Shown piece after piece: positions 1 to 7,136 of a stretch of 64,000 bases of DNA. The notes under the pieces were generated by a model. It had not been told where the DNA came from. It did no database searches and saw only the letters and a program-made list of their open reading frames with translations. Numbering within the stretch: the first letter of the stretch is position 1; each line of letters starts with the position of its first letter. This DNA is from an uncultured Candidatus Rokubacteria bacterium (GTDB lineage Bacteria; Methylomirabilota; Methylomirabilia; Rokubacteriales; CSP1-6), in NCBI GenBank assembly GCA_963771355.1, contig CAVYTA010000005.1, positions 416,001 through 480,000 on the forward strand. Direction: 5' to 3'. Both the position numbers and the translations under genes were made by a program.

Positions 1-651
1 GAGACGGGGGTGGAGTACTACACCTTCACCACCAACGATCTGACCTCGGTCATCCTCAAGCTGAAGGGCCAGAACCCTGACATCCTGCACCATATTGCCC
101 GTAATCAAGACGCGATTCTGTTTTGGCGCCAGGCGCGCGAGCAGAACTTCGAGGTGAAGGCGGTGGTGCACGCCGGCGCCACCGGGTACGGCTCGCCGGA
201 CTTCGGCAAGGCGTTCGGCAACGACGCCAACGGCCCCTTCGCGCTGATTGAGCCGGGGCCGGGCTTCGTCATCGAGAAGCTGCGGCCGGAAGGGCAGCGT
301 ATCGAGCGCGCGTACCGCGAGGCGGTGAAGGCCAAGACCGGCGCGGAAATTGCGGGCGGCCATCAGCTCTCGGGCGGCGGCCTATGGATCCTCAAGCTCG
401 TGCTCGACGCCGCCAAGACCGACGACCTCGACAAGTTCCGCGCCGCCGTCATGGCGCTGGACATGCCCACCGGCACCGGTCTGAACGGCTGGGGCGTGAA
501 GTTCGACGAGTACGGCCAGAACTCCAACCCGCGCGTGCAACACTACATGCTGCAGTGGCAGAACGGGGCGCTCGTCACCGTGTGGCCCGAGGAGTTCACC
601 ACCATGCGCGCGAAGTGGATCCCGCTCGGCGCGTGGGACCAGCGGAAGTAG
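1..651 (+). CDS. Branched-chain amino acid-type ABC transporter substrate-binding protein (5'-truncated)
   Basis: PBP1/LivJ-like C-terminal half (ILKLKGQNPDIL, GVKFDEYGQN, LQWQNG..VTVWP); followed by livHMGF; the frame is open to the window edge. Confidence 0.9.
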   Translation, partial: ETGVEYYTFTTNDLTSVILKLKGQNPDILHHIARNQDAILFWRQAREQNFEVKAVVHAGATGYGSPDFGKAFGNDANGPFALIEPGPGFVIEKLRPEGQRIERAYREAVKAKTGAEIAGGHQLSGGGLWILKLVLDAAKTDDLDKFRAAVMALDMPTGTGLNGWGVKFDEYGQNSNPRVQHYMLQWQNGALVTVWPEEFTTMRAKWIPLGAWDQRK

Positions 652-680
652 CGATCGGCTCCTTCGCCGGCATGGGCGTT

Positions 681-707
681 GACGCCCCGGGCCGCTCCCG
701 GGGCGTC
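681..707 (+). other. Intergenic stem-loop after the SBP gene (mRNA stabiliser/attenuator-like)
   Basis: Perfect 11-bp inverted repeat GACGCCCCGGG / CCCGGGGCGTC with a 5-nt loop. Confidence 0.6.
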
Positions 708-738
708 GCGCGTTCTTCCGGCCGCCCCGCCATCTGAC

Positions 739-1620
739 GTGCACGCGATTCCCCAGCTCGCCGTCTCCACCCTCCTGCTGGGCGGGGTCTACGCGCTCAT
801 TGCCGTGGGTCTGACGCTCATCTTCGGGGTGATGCGCGTGGTGAACTTCGCCCATGGCGAGTTCCTCATGCTGGCGATGTATCTCGCGTTCTGGACCTTC
901 GCGCTGCTCCAGCTCGACCCCTACGTGACGCTCGTGCTGGGGCTGCCGCTGGTTTTCGCGATCGGCCTGGCGAGCTATCAGATCGTCATGCGGCCGGTGA
1001 TCCACGCCTCCCACAACGTGCAGGTGTTCACCACGGTGGGGCTCTCCATCGCGCTGCAGAACGTCGCCCTGGTTCTCTGGACGGCGGACGCCCAGTTCAT
1101 CCGCACCTCCTACTACGCGGTGGTGGTGCGCCTCGGCAGCGCCGCGTTCAACCTCGCGCAGCTCGTCGCCTTCGTGGTCGCGGTGCTCGCCACCGCGGCG
1201 CTATTCGCTTTTCTCCGCTGGTCCTACACGGGCAAGGTCATGCGGGCGACCGCGCAGGACCGGCAGGCGGCCTCCCTCATGGGGATCGACACCGGCCGCG
1301 TGTACTCGCTGACGTGGGCGGTGGGCGTGACCTGCGTCGGCGTGGCCGGGATGCTCCTCGCGCCGATCTATCCCGTGTACCCCACCGTGGGCCTCCAGTT
1401 CGTCCTCATCGCCTACGTGGCGGTGGTGCTTGGCGGGCTCGGCGACATGGCGGGCGCGCTCATCGCCAGCCTGATCGTGGCCACGGTGGAGATCGTGGGC
1501 TCCTACCTGATCGGCACCGCGTGGAAGGAGGTCCTCTACCTCCTCCTCTTCATCGGGATCCTCGTGGTGCGCCCCGCCGGCCTCTTCGGCCAGCGCGGCG
1601 CCGAGGTGATCGGCACGTGA
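739..1620 (+). CDS. livH: Branched-chain amino acid ABC permease LivH
   Basis: GLTLIFGVMRVVNFAHGE and GKVMRATAQD motifs; GTG start at 739 chosen. Confidence 0.9.
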   Translation: MHAIPQLAVSTLLLGGVYALIAVGLTLIFGVMRVVNFAHGEFLMLAMYLAFWTFALLQLDPYVTLVLGLPLVFAIGLASYQIVMRPVIHASHNVQVFTTVGLSIALQNVALVLWTADAQFIRTSYYAVVVRLGSAAFNLAQLVAFVVAVLATAALFAFLRWSYTGKVMRATAQDRQAASLMGIDTGRVYSLTWAVGVTCVGVAGMLLAPIYPVYPTVGLQFVLIAYVAVVLGGLGDMAGALIASLIVATVEIVGSYLIGTAWKEVLYLLLFIGILVVRPAGLFGQRGAEVIGT

Positions 1621-2603
1621 GGGACGCGCTCGGCGGCGTGGGGCCGGCGGTCGCTTTCTTTGGCGTCGCCGCGCTGGTGCCCCTCGTCGTGCGCGACGCG
1701 TTCTTCCTCGACGGGCTGGTCCTCATCCTGCTGTGGGGGGCGGCGGCGTCGGCGTGGAACGTGGCCGGCGGCTATGCCGGTCAGGTGTCGCTCGGACACT
1801 CCGTCTTCTTCGGCCTGGGCGCCTACTCCGCCGCGCTGCTCGGCACCAAGTGGAATCTTTCGCCGTGGATCGCTCTCGTCGTGGGCGCGACCCTGGCCAC
1901 CCTCGTCGGGTTCGTTATTGGATTCCTCAGCAATCGCCTGCGCGGCCCGTACTTCGTCCTCGCGACCATCGCCTTCTCCCAGGTCTTCCTGATCGCCGGC
2001 AGCCGGTGGCGGGGCTTCACCTCCGGTTCCGAGGGCATTCCCGTTCCCTTCCGTCCCGGCTTCTGGACGCTCGGCCTCGCGGACAAGCGCGCGTGGGTCT
2101 ACCTGATCCTCCTCCTCGCCGTGGGCGTCTATCTCGTTCAGCTCTATCTCGAGCGGTCGCGCCGCGGCTATCAGCTCGCCGCCGTGCGCGAGGACGAGGA
2201 CGCCGCCCTGTCCCTGGGGGTGCCGGCGCGCCGGCTCAAGGTCGCCGCCATCGTGGCCAGCGCGGCCCTCACCGCGACCTGCGGGACCCTGTGGGCCCAA
2301 TACGTGGGCTTTGTCGATCCCTTCTACGTGTTCTCGGTGGATCTCTCGATTCGCTTCGCGCTCGCCGCCGTCACCGGCGGTATCGGCACCGCGCTCGGCC
2401 CCTTCCTGGGGGCCGCCCTCATCACCACACTGGAGACCTATCTCCGGGCCCACTTCGGCGGCATCGGCGCCGGGCTGGTGGGGATCTACCTGATCATCTA
2501 CGGCGTGGCCCTGATCCTGATGATGCGCTTCGCGCCGCAGGGGCTACTTCCCTGGCTCGGGCGGTGGCGGCGTCGGCGCCCGGCCGCGAGCGTCGCGTCA
2601 TGA
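1617..2603 (+). CDS. livM: Branched-chain amino acid ABC permease LivM
   Basis: WNVAGGYAGQVSLGH, RLRGPYFVLAT, AVREDEDAA motifs; GTGA overlap with livH. Confidence 0.9.
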   Translation: MRDALGGVGPAVAFFGVAALVPLVVRDAFFLDGLVLILLWGAAASAWNVAGGYAGQVSLGHSVFFGLGAYSAALLGTKWNLSPWIALVVGATLATLVGFVIGFLSNRLRGPYFVLATIAFSQVFLIAGSRWRGFTSGSEGIPVPFRPGFWTLGLADKRAWVYLILLLAVGVYLVQLYLERSRRGYQLAAVREDEDAALSLGVPARRLKVAAIVASAALTATCGTLWAQYVGFVDPFYVFSVDLSIRFALAAVTGGIGTALGPFLGAALITTLETYLRAHFGGIGAGLVGIYLIIYGVALILMMRFAPQGLLPWLGRWRRRRPAASVAS

Positions 2604-3322
2604 GCCGGCTCTCGGTGGCCGGCGTCACCAAGCGGTTCGGCGGCATCACCGCGAATAGAGAAGTCTCGTTCGAGGTGGCGCCGGGGGAGCTGGTGGGGAT
2701 CATCGGACCGAACGGATCGGGCAAATCGACGCTCTTCGAGATCATCAGCGGGTTCTACCACCCCGACGCGGGCGAGGTGCGCCTGGACGGACAACGCCTC
2801 ACCGGGCTCTCGCCGGACCGCGTATGTCGCCTCGGCATCGCGCGTACGTTTCAGAAGCTGCGGCCGTTCGCGGGGATGAGCGTGGTCGACAACGTGATGG
2901 TGGGCGCGCTCACGCGCACCCGCGACGTGCGGCACGCCCGCACGCGGGCCCATGCCCTGCTCGAGCGGGTGGGGCTCGCGGAGAAGGCGCTGGCTCATGC
3001 GGGCACGCTCTCCACCGGCCAGCGCAAGCGCCTGGAGTTGGCGCGGGCCCTCGCCACCGAGCCGCGCGTGCTGCTGCTCGACGAGGTGACCGGCGGGGTG
3101 GATCAGCGGAGCATTCCCGGCCTGGTCCAGCTCGTGCGCGACCTCCATCGGGATGGGCTGACCCTGCTCGTGATCGAGCACAACATGCGCGTCATCACCG
3201 CCGTCGCGCAGCGCATCGTGGCGCTCTTCCTCGGCGAGAAGATCGCCGACGGCGCCCCCGACGTGGTCACACGGGACCGCCGGGTCATCGAGGCCTACCT
3301 CGGCGCGGCCTACACTCGATGA
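2600..3322 (+). CDS. livG: ABC ATP-binding protein LivG
   Basis: Walker A GPNGSGKS, LLLDE, IEH, C-terminal VIEAYLG; ATGA overlap. Confidence 0.9.
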   Translation: MSRLSVAGVTKRFGGITANREVSFEVAPGELVGIIGPNGSGKSTLFEIISGFYHPDAGEVRLDGQRLTGLSPDRVCRLGIARTFQKLRPFAGMSVVDNVMVGALTRTRDVRHARTRAHALLERVGLAEKALAHAGTLSTGQRKRLELARALATEPRVLLLDEVTGGVDQRSIPGLVQLVRDLHRDGLTLLVIEHNMRVITAVAQRIVALFLGEKIADGAPDVVTRDRRVIEAYLGAAYTR

Positions 3323-4047
3323 GCGCGCCGCTGCTCGCCGTGGAGGGCCTCGACGTCGCCTACGGCGACTTCCAGGTGCTGTGGCAGGCCGCGCTGGAGG
3401 TGGGCGAGGGGGAGATCGTGGCCGTGCTCGGGCCCAACGGCGCCGGCAAGTCCACGCTGATGAACACCATCTCCGGGCTCATCGCGCCGCGCGCCGGCCG
3501 CATCACCTTCCGCGGCAAGCGGATCGAGGGCTTGCCCGCGCACCGGACGGTGGGCGAGGGCCTGGCGCACGTGCTGGAGCGCCGGCGCCTCTTCCCATTC
3601 CTCACCGTGCTCGACAACGTGCTCCTCGGCGCCCACAATCCGGCGGCGCGTCCGCACCGCGACGAGAGCCTCGCGCGCGTCGAGCGCCTCTTCCCGATGA
3701 TCCCGGCCCGGCGCGGCCAGCTCGCCCACTCGCTCTCGGGGGGCGAGCAGCAGATGGTGGCGATCGCGCGCGGGCTCATGGCGCGGCCGCGGCTCCTCAT
3801 GATCGACGAGCCGTTCCTGGGGCTGGCCCCGCGTGTCGTCGAGGAGCTGGGCGCTCTCATGCGGCGCATCCGAGACGAGCAGGGGATCGGCATCGTCTTC
3901 ATCGAGCAGAACGTGGAGCTGGCGCTCCGGCTGGCTGACCGCGGCTATGTCCTGGAGTCCGGGCGCACCATCCTTCACGGCGCGTCCGAGGAGCTGCTCC
4001 GGTCCGCCGAGGTCAAACGCATATTTCTGGGTGACGTTTCTCTCTGA
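3319..4047 (+). CDS. livF: ABC ATP-binding protein LivF
   Basis: GPNGAGKS, LSGGEQQM, IEQN; ATGA overlap. Confidence 0.9.
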   Translation: MSAPLLAVEGLDVAYGDFQVLWQAALEVGEGEIVAVLGPNGAGKSTLMNTISGLIAPRAGRITFRGKRIEGLPAHRTVGEGLAHVLERRRLFPFLTVLDNVLLGAHNPAARPHRDESLARVERLFPMIPARRGQLAHSLSGGEQQMVAIARGLMARPRLLMIDEPFLGLAPRVVEELGALMRRIRDEQGIGIVFIEQNVELALRLADRGYVLESGRTILHGASEELLRSAEVKRIFLGDVSL

Positions 4048-4109
4048 CGGGAGGAATCCCCAAAACAATACGGTTGCGCCCATCGAATACGCGGAGTATG
4101 GTGCTTTCC

Positions 4110-4397
4110 ATGAGCCGCCGGTTGCTGCTCAGCTTCGTCCTCGTTGCGAGCCTGCTGTCGCTGCGCTCCCTCGTGCTCGCGTCCGGGTTCGAGCAGACCT
4201 GGATCCCGGGTATGTACGACGCCGGTGACCTGGACGACGCCTTCGCGCTCTCCAACTTCAAGGCGCTCGGAGCTCCCGCGGCGCCCAGCGTGGACGCGTC
4301 CGCCCTCGTCGTCGCGCAGGTCGAGTCCGCCGCACCCGACGCGACGCACAGTCGCGCCGTCCGCACCGCTTCCAGCCGCGCCCCGCCTCTGTCCTAG
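4110..4397 (+). CDS. Small signal-peptide ORF with C-terminal RAPP motif (putative ribosome-arrest leader peptide)
   Basis: MSRRLLLSFVLVASLLSL signal, WIPGMYDAGDLDD acidic motif, Ala/Pro/Ser-rich linker, ends SSRAPPLS*; alternative start at 4098. Confidence 0.7.
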   Translation: MSRRLLLSFVLVASLLSLRSLVLASGFEQTWIPGMYDAGDLDDAFALSNFKALGAPAAPSVDASALVVAQVESAAPDATHSRAVRTASSRAPPLS

Positions 4398-4489
4398 CTT
4401 TCCCGATGGGCCGGCCGCGGTAGACTCGCGGCCCTCGCCGACCTCGGGTCCGCGAGATTTGCTCACCCGTCAACTCCGGGAGGCACCGC

Positions 4490-4759
4490 ATGCGTCATCT
4501 GGCTTGCTGTCTGGCCTTGCTCGCGAGTCTCGCGCTCGTCGGGAGCCCGGTCGTCGAGGCCGTCGATTCCGCCATGAAGGGGACCGTAAAGGAAGTGCAT
4601 ACCGCCATCGGGATGGTCATCCTCGAGGACGGCACCGAGCTGCGTGTCATGAGCGGCGAGCTCATGGCGAAGATCCGCGAGGGCGACAAGATCGAGGTGA
4701 TCTTCGAGGAAAAGGACGGCCAAAAGGTCGTCAGTGCCGTCGAGGTCACCGGGCAATAG
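4490..4759 (+). CDS. Small secreted beta-barrel/OB-fold protein (DUF1344/CusF-like)
   Basis: GGAGG RBS; signal peptide; KGTVKEV..VILEDG..IREGDKIEVIFEEKDG..VV pattern. Confidence 0.7.
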   Translation: MRHLACCLALLASLALVGSPVVEAVDSAMKGTVKEVHTAIGMVILEDGTELRVMSGELMAKIREGDKIEVIFEEKDGQKVVSAVEVTGQ

Positions 4760-4775
4760 CCCGGCCCTCGGTGGG

Positions 4776-4832
4776 CCGCGTCGGTCGGGGCGACGGGTTG
4801 ATCCGGGCCGTCGTTTCGGCCGGCGCGGTTTT
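4776..4832 (+). terminator. Intrinsic terminator-like hairpin
   Basis: 21-bp stem (4776-4796/4808-4828, 5 G-U pairs) followed by TTTT. Confidence 0.65.
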
Positions 4833-4900
4833 CATGATTCGTAACTGATCCGGGTGGCAGGAAGTCGAGTTGGGCGAGTGTGGGCTCGTTCAGCTCGATG

Positions 4901-4948
4901 CGCGTCGGCGGCGCTGTGGACCGGCGCCGCCGGCGCGGTTCTTTTTTT
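4901..4948 (+). terminator. Intrinsic terminator
   Basis: 16-bp stem (4901-4916/4922-4937) followed by GTTCTTTTTTT. Confidence 0.75.
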
Positions 4949-5027
4949 CGCGCCCCGCCGCTACGCGCCCCGCCGCCTGAGCGTTCCGGTATACTCGGGC
5001 CTAGAGGTTCTCAAGGAGGTTCCGGCA

Positions 5028-5531
5028 ATGGCGACGGCGACGGTGAACGGGCTCAAGGCCAAGTCCGACGCAGCATGGGCCAATATCAACAAGCAGCTCC
5101 AGGGCATGGAGCCGTTCCTCGACAAGTCCGACGCCCCCGGTGAGTGGACCACGCGGCAGGTGATCTGCCACCTCCTCTTCGAGCCCGGCTGGGACCCCGT
5201 CGCCCTCCTCAAGAGCTTCTCGACCTCGAACCTGCCGGTGGTGGAGATCACCAGCGTGTCCGACACCAGCGGCTCCCGTCAGACGGCGTCGCTCAAGCAG
5301 CTCCTGGACAGCCTCGACGCCCAGCGCAAGGCCATCTGGGGATATCTCGAGGGGCTCTCCGACGCCGACCTCAAGCGCAAGGCGCGCATCCCGCTGTTCA
5401 AGGAGCTCATGGGGAACGAGGAAGTGCCCATCCCCGTGTATGTCGGTGCGCTCTTCGACTATCACTGGAACGATCACGCCGGCCAGCTCGCCAAGATCCG
5501 CAAGGCGGCCGGGCTACCCGACGCCAGGTAG
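5028..5531 (+). CDS. DinB/YfiT-like family protein
   Basis: AAGGAGG RBS, TATACT -10 at 4990; EWTTRQVICHL and HWNDHAGQL His motifs. Confidence 0.8.
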   Translation: MATATVNGLKAKSDAAWANINKQLQGMEPFLDKSDAPGEWTTRQVICHLLFEPGWDPVALLKSFSTSNLPVVEITSVSDTSGSRQTASLKQLLDSLDAQRKAIWGYLEGLSDADLKRKARIPLFKELMGNEEVPIPVYVGALFDYHWNDHAGQLAKIRKAAGLPDAR

Positions 5532-5543
5532 GGGCTGCGCTCG

Positions 5544-5891
5544 ATGGCCCGGGTGGACTGGAGCTATCATCGGAAGGGCTGAATGACCTGCGGTAAGACG
5601 CAGGGGTTCCTTGCGAAAGCGAAGATCGACACGGCCGAGCAGGTCGACGCCAAGAAGGTGCGGATGGGTCCGGAGCAGGCGCTCGGCCTGCTCAAGGAAG
5701 TCGACGAGCTTTACGTGGCCAAGGGCGCCAAGGTGGTCCACCTCGACCTGAAGAGGGACCGGCCGGAGCGGGCCACGCTGCTGGGTCTCCTCCTCGGCCC
5801 CTCGGGTAATCTCCGCGCCCCCACCCTGCGCAAGGGCCGCACCCTCCTCGTCGGCTTCAACGAGCCGACCTACAAGGCAGTGCTGAGATAG
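5544..5891 (+). CDS. ArsC/Spx-like thioredoxin-fold selenoprotein (UxxC)
   Basis: ATG 5544 reads MARVDWSYHRKG-TGA(5580)-MTCGKT in frame with ORF 5583..5891; ArsC-like GNLRAPTL..LLVGFN; SECIS-like hairpin downstream. Confidence 0.8.
5599..5615 (+). promoter_or_regulatory. Candidate bacterial SECIS element
   Basis: CGCAGG-GGTTC-CTTGCG hairpin with a G-initial loop 22 nt after the TGA; alternative hairpin CCTGCG-GTAAGA-CGCAGG at 5587-5604. Confidence 0.55.
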
Positions 5892-6700
5892 TGGCGGACC
5901 CCGCTGCCGCGGCGCCCGCGGCCCCCAGCCCCGGCGAGGTCTACGAGCGCGAGATGGTCCCCGGCCTGTTCGGGCCCTGGGCGGCGGATCTCGTCGAGCG
6001 CGCGGCCCCCGCGACGGGGACACGCGTCCTCGACGTGGCGTGCGGCACGGGCGTGGTCACGCGCCTCCTGCCGCCGCGGGTGGGAGCCACGGGGCGGGTA
6101 GTCGGTCTCGACCTCAATCCCGGCATGCTCGCGGCGGCGCGCACGGCGACGGCGGGCGCGCCCGTCGAATGGCTCGAGGGCAGCGCCCAGGCGGTGCCGC
6201 TCCCCGACGGCGCCTTCGATCTCGTGCTCTGCCAGCAGGGGCTGCAGTTCTTCCCGGACAAGGCCGCCGCGCTCCGCGAGATGCACCGCGTGCTCACGCC
6301 CGGCGGCCGGCTTTTCATCGCGGTGTGGAAGTCGAGCGCGCACTGCCCGGGCTTCGCCGCCCTCGAGCGGGCCCTGGCGAAATACGTGGGCGCGGACGCG
6401 GCCAAGTTGCCGCCCTTCTCGTTCGGCGACCGCGCGGCCCTCCGTGGCGTCATCGCGGGCGCCGGCTTTCGCGACCTGGTCATCCGGGCGGAGGTGAAGA
6501 TGACGCGCTTTCCCTCGCCCGAGGCCTTTTTCAGGGCCATCACCGCGGGCGCCCCCGCCATGCTGGGGCTGCTCGGGCAGCTGACAGAGCCGCAGCGGCG
6601 CGAGCTGATCTCCGAGATCAACGAGACCTTGGCGCCGCACCTCGACGACACCGGGCTGGCATTTCCCCAGCCTGCTCACCTGGCTACCGCCCGCAAGTGA
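5891..6700 (+). CDS. Class I SAM-dependent methyltransferase (UbiE-like)
   Basis: VLDVACGTG motif I, FDLVLCQQGLQFF, HRVLTPGG; start overlaps the upstream stop. Confidence 0.9.
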   Translation: MADPAAAAPAAPSPGEVYEREMVPGLFGPWAADLVERAAPATGTRVLDVACGTGVVTRLLPPRVGATGRVVGLDLNPGMLAAARTATAGAPVEWLEGSAQAVPLPDGAFDLVLCQQGLQFFPDKAAALREMHRVLTPGGRLFIAVWKSSAHCPGFAALERALAKYVGADAAKLPPFSFGDRAALRGVIAGAGFRDLVIRAEVKMTRFPSPEAFFRAITAGAPAMLGLLGQLTEPQRRELISEINETLAPHLDDTGLAFPQPAHLATARK

Positions 6701-6706
6701 CCATCG

Positions 6707-6715
6707 TGCTAGAGT
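6707..6715 (+). promoter_or_regulatory. Extended -10 promoter for the glmS leader
   Basis: TGcTAGAGT (TGn + TAnnnT); predicted TSS near 6722. Confidence 0.5.
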
Positions 6716-6780
6716 CGAAGCACGGAAAGGAGGGCGTCGAGGAGCGGATCCGAACGGGATAGAGGGGTCGTGAAGCACAC

Positions 6781-6926
6781 AGCGCCTGATCCGATCCGCG
6801 CGAGGTTCGCGCGGGCGGATGACGAGGAAGGGACCGATCGAGTCATTCGGCGGATGGTCCCTCGGCCGGCACGGTCGTGATGGGTGGAGCAAACCAGCGC
6901 GGTGACGCGCTGACAAACGCCACCCA
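6781..6926 (+). ncRNA. glmS ribozyme (GlcN6P-activated self-cleaving riboswitch)
   Basis: Conserved blocks in order: A^GCGCC (cleavage 6781/6782), P1 hairpin, GACGAGG, ATCGAG, TTCGGCGGATG, P3, AAACC-AGCGC-GGTGAC-GCGCTG-ACAAA P4 domain; upstream of glmS. Confidence 0.93.
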
Positions 6927-7097
6927 GCGTGTACGCGAGTCGCTCCGACCCGCGTGACTGACGTCACCCCTCCTCTCTCTGCGTCAGCGAGGTCACGGTT
7001 CTCGCCAACGGGCGATCTTCGCGCGCTCAGGCGGGCACCGACATGCCGCGCCGGCACGCGCTCGGGAGCCGTGGGCAGGGTGCTCGCGGTGGCGCCG

Positions 7098-7136
7098 GAT
7101 CGCCTCGCGCCGCCTCCTCCGGGAGGGATGGCGATC
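7098..7136 (+). promoter_or_regulatory. RBS-sequestering hairpin of glmS
   Basis: GATCGCC(7098-7104)/GGCGATC(7130-7136) and CCTCC(7113-7117)/GGAGG(7122-7126), immediately before ATG 7137. Confidence 0.65.

Noticed and set aside
4834..4848. Micro-ORF MIRN* between the hairpins
   Set aside because: No SD and only four codons; expected by chance.
5891..6700. Arsenite methyltransferase ArsM
   Set aside because: The ArsM-type conserved cysteine pattern is not evident; it looks like a generic UbiE-like methyltransferase.
6954..7136. N-terminal extension of GlmS from the ORF track
   Set aside because: GlmS needs Cys at position 2 (MCG at 7137, with SD); the upstream part is structured leader RNA.
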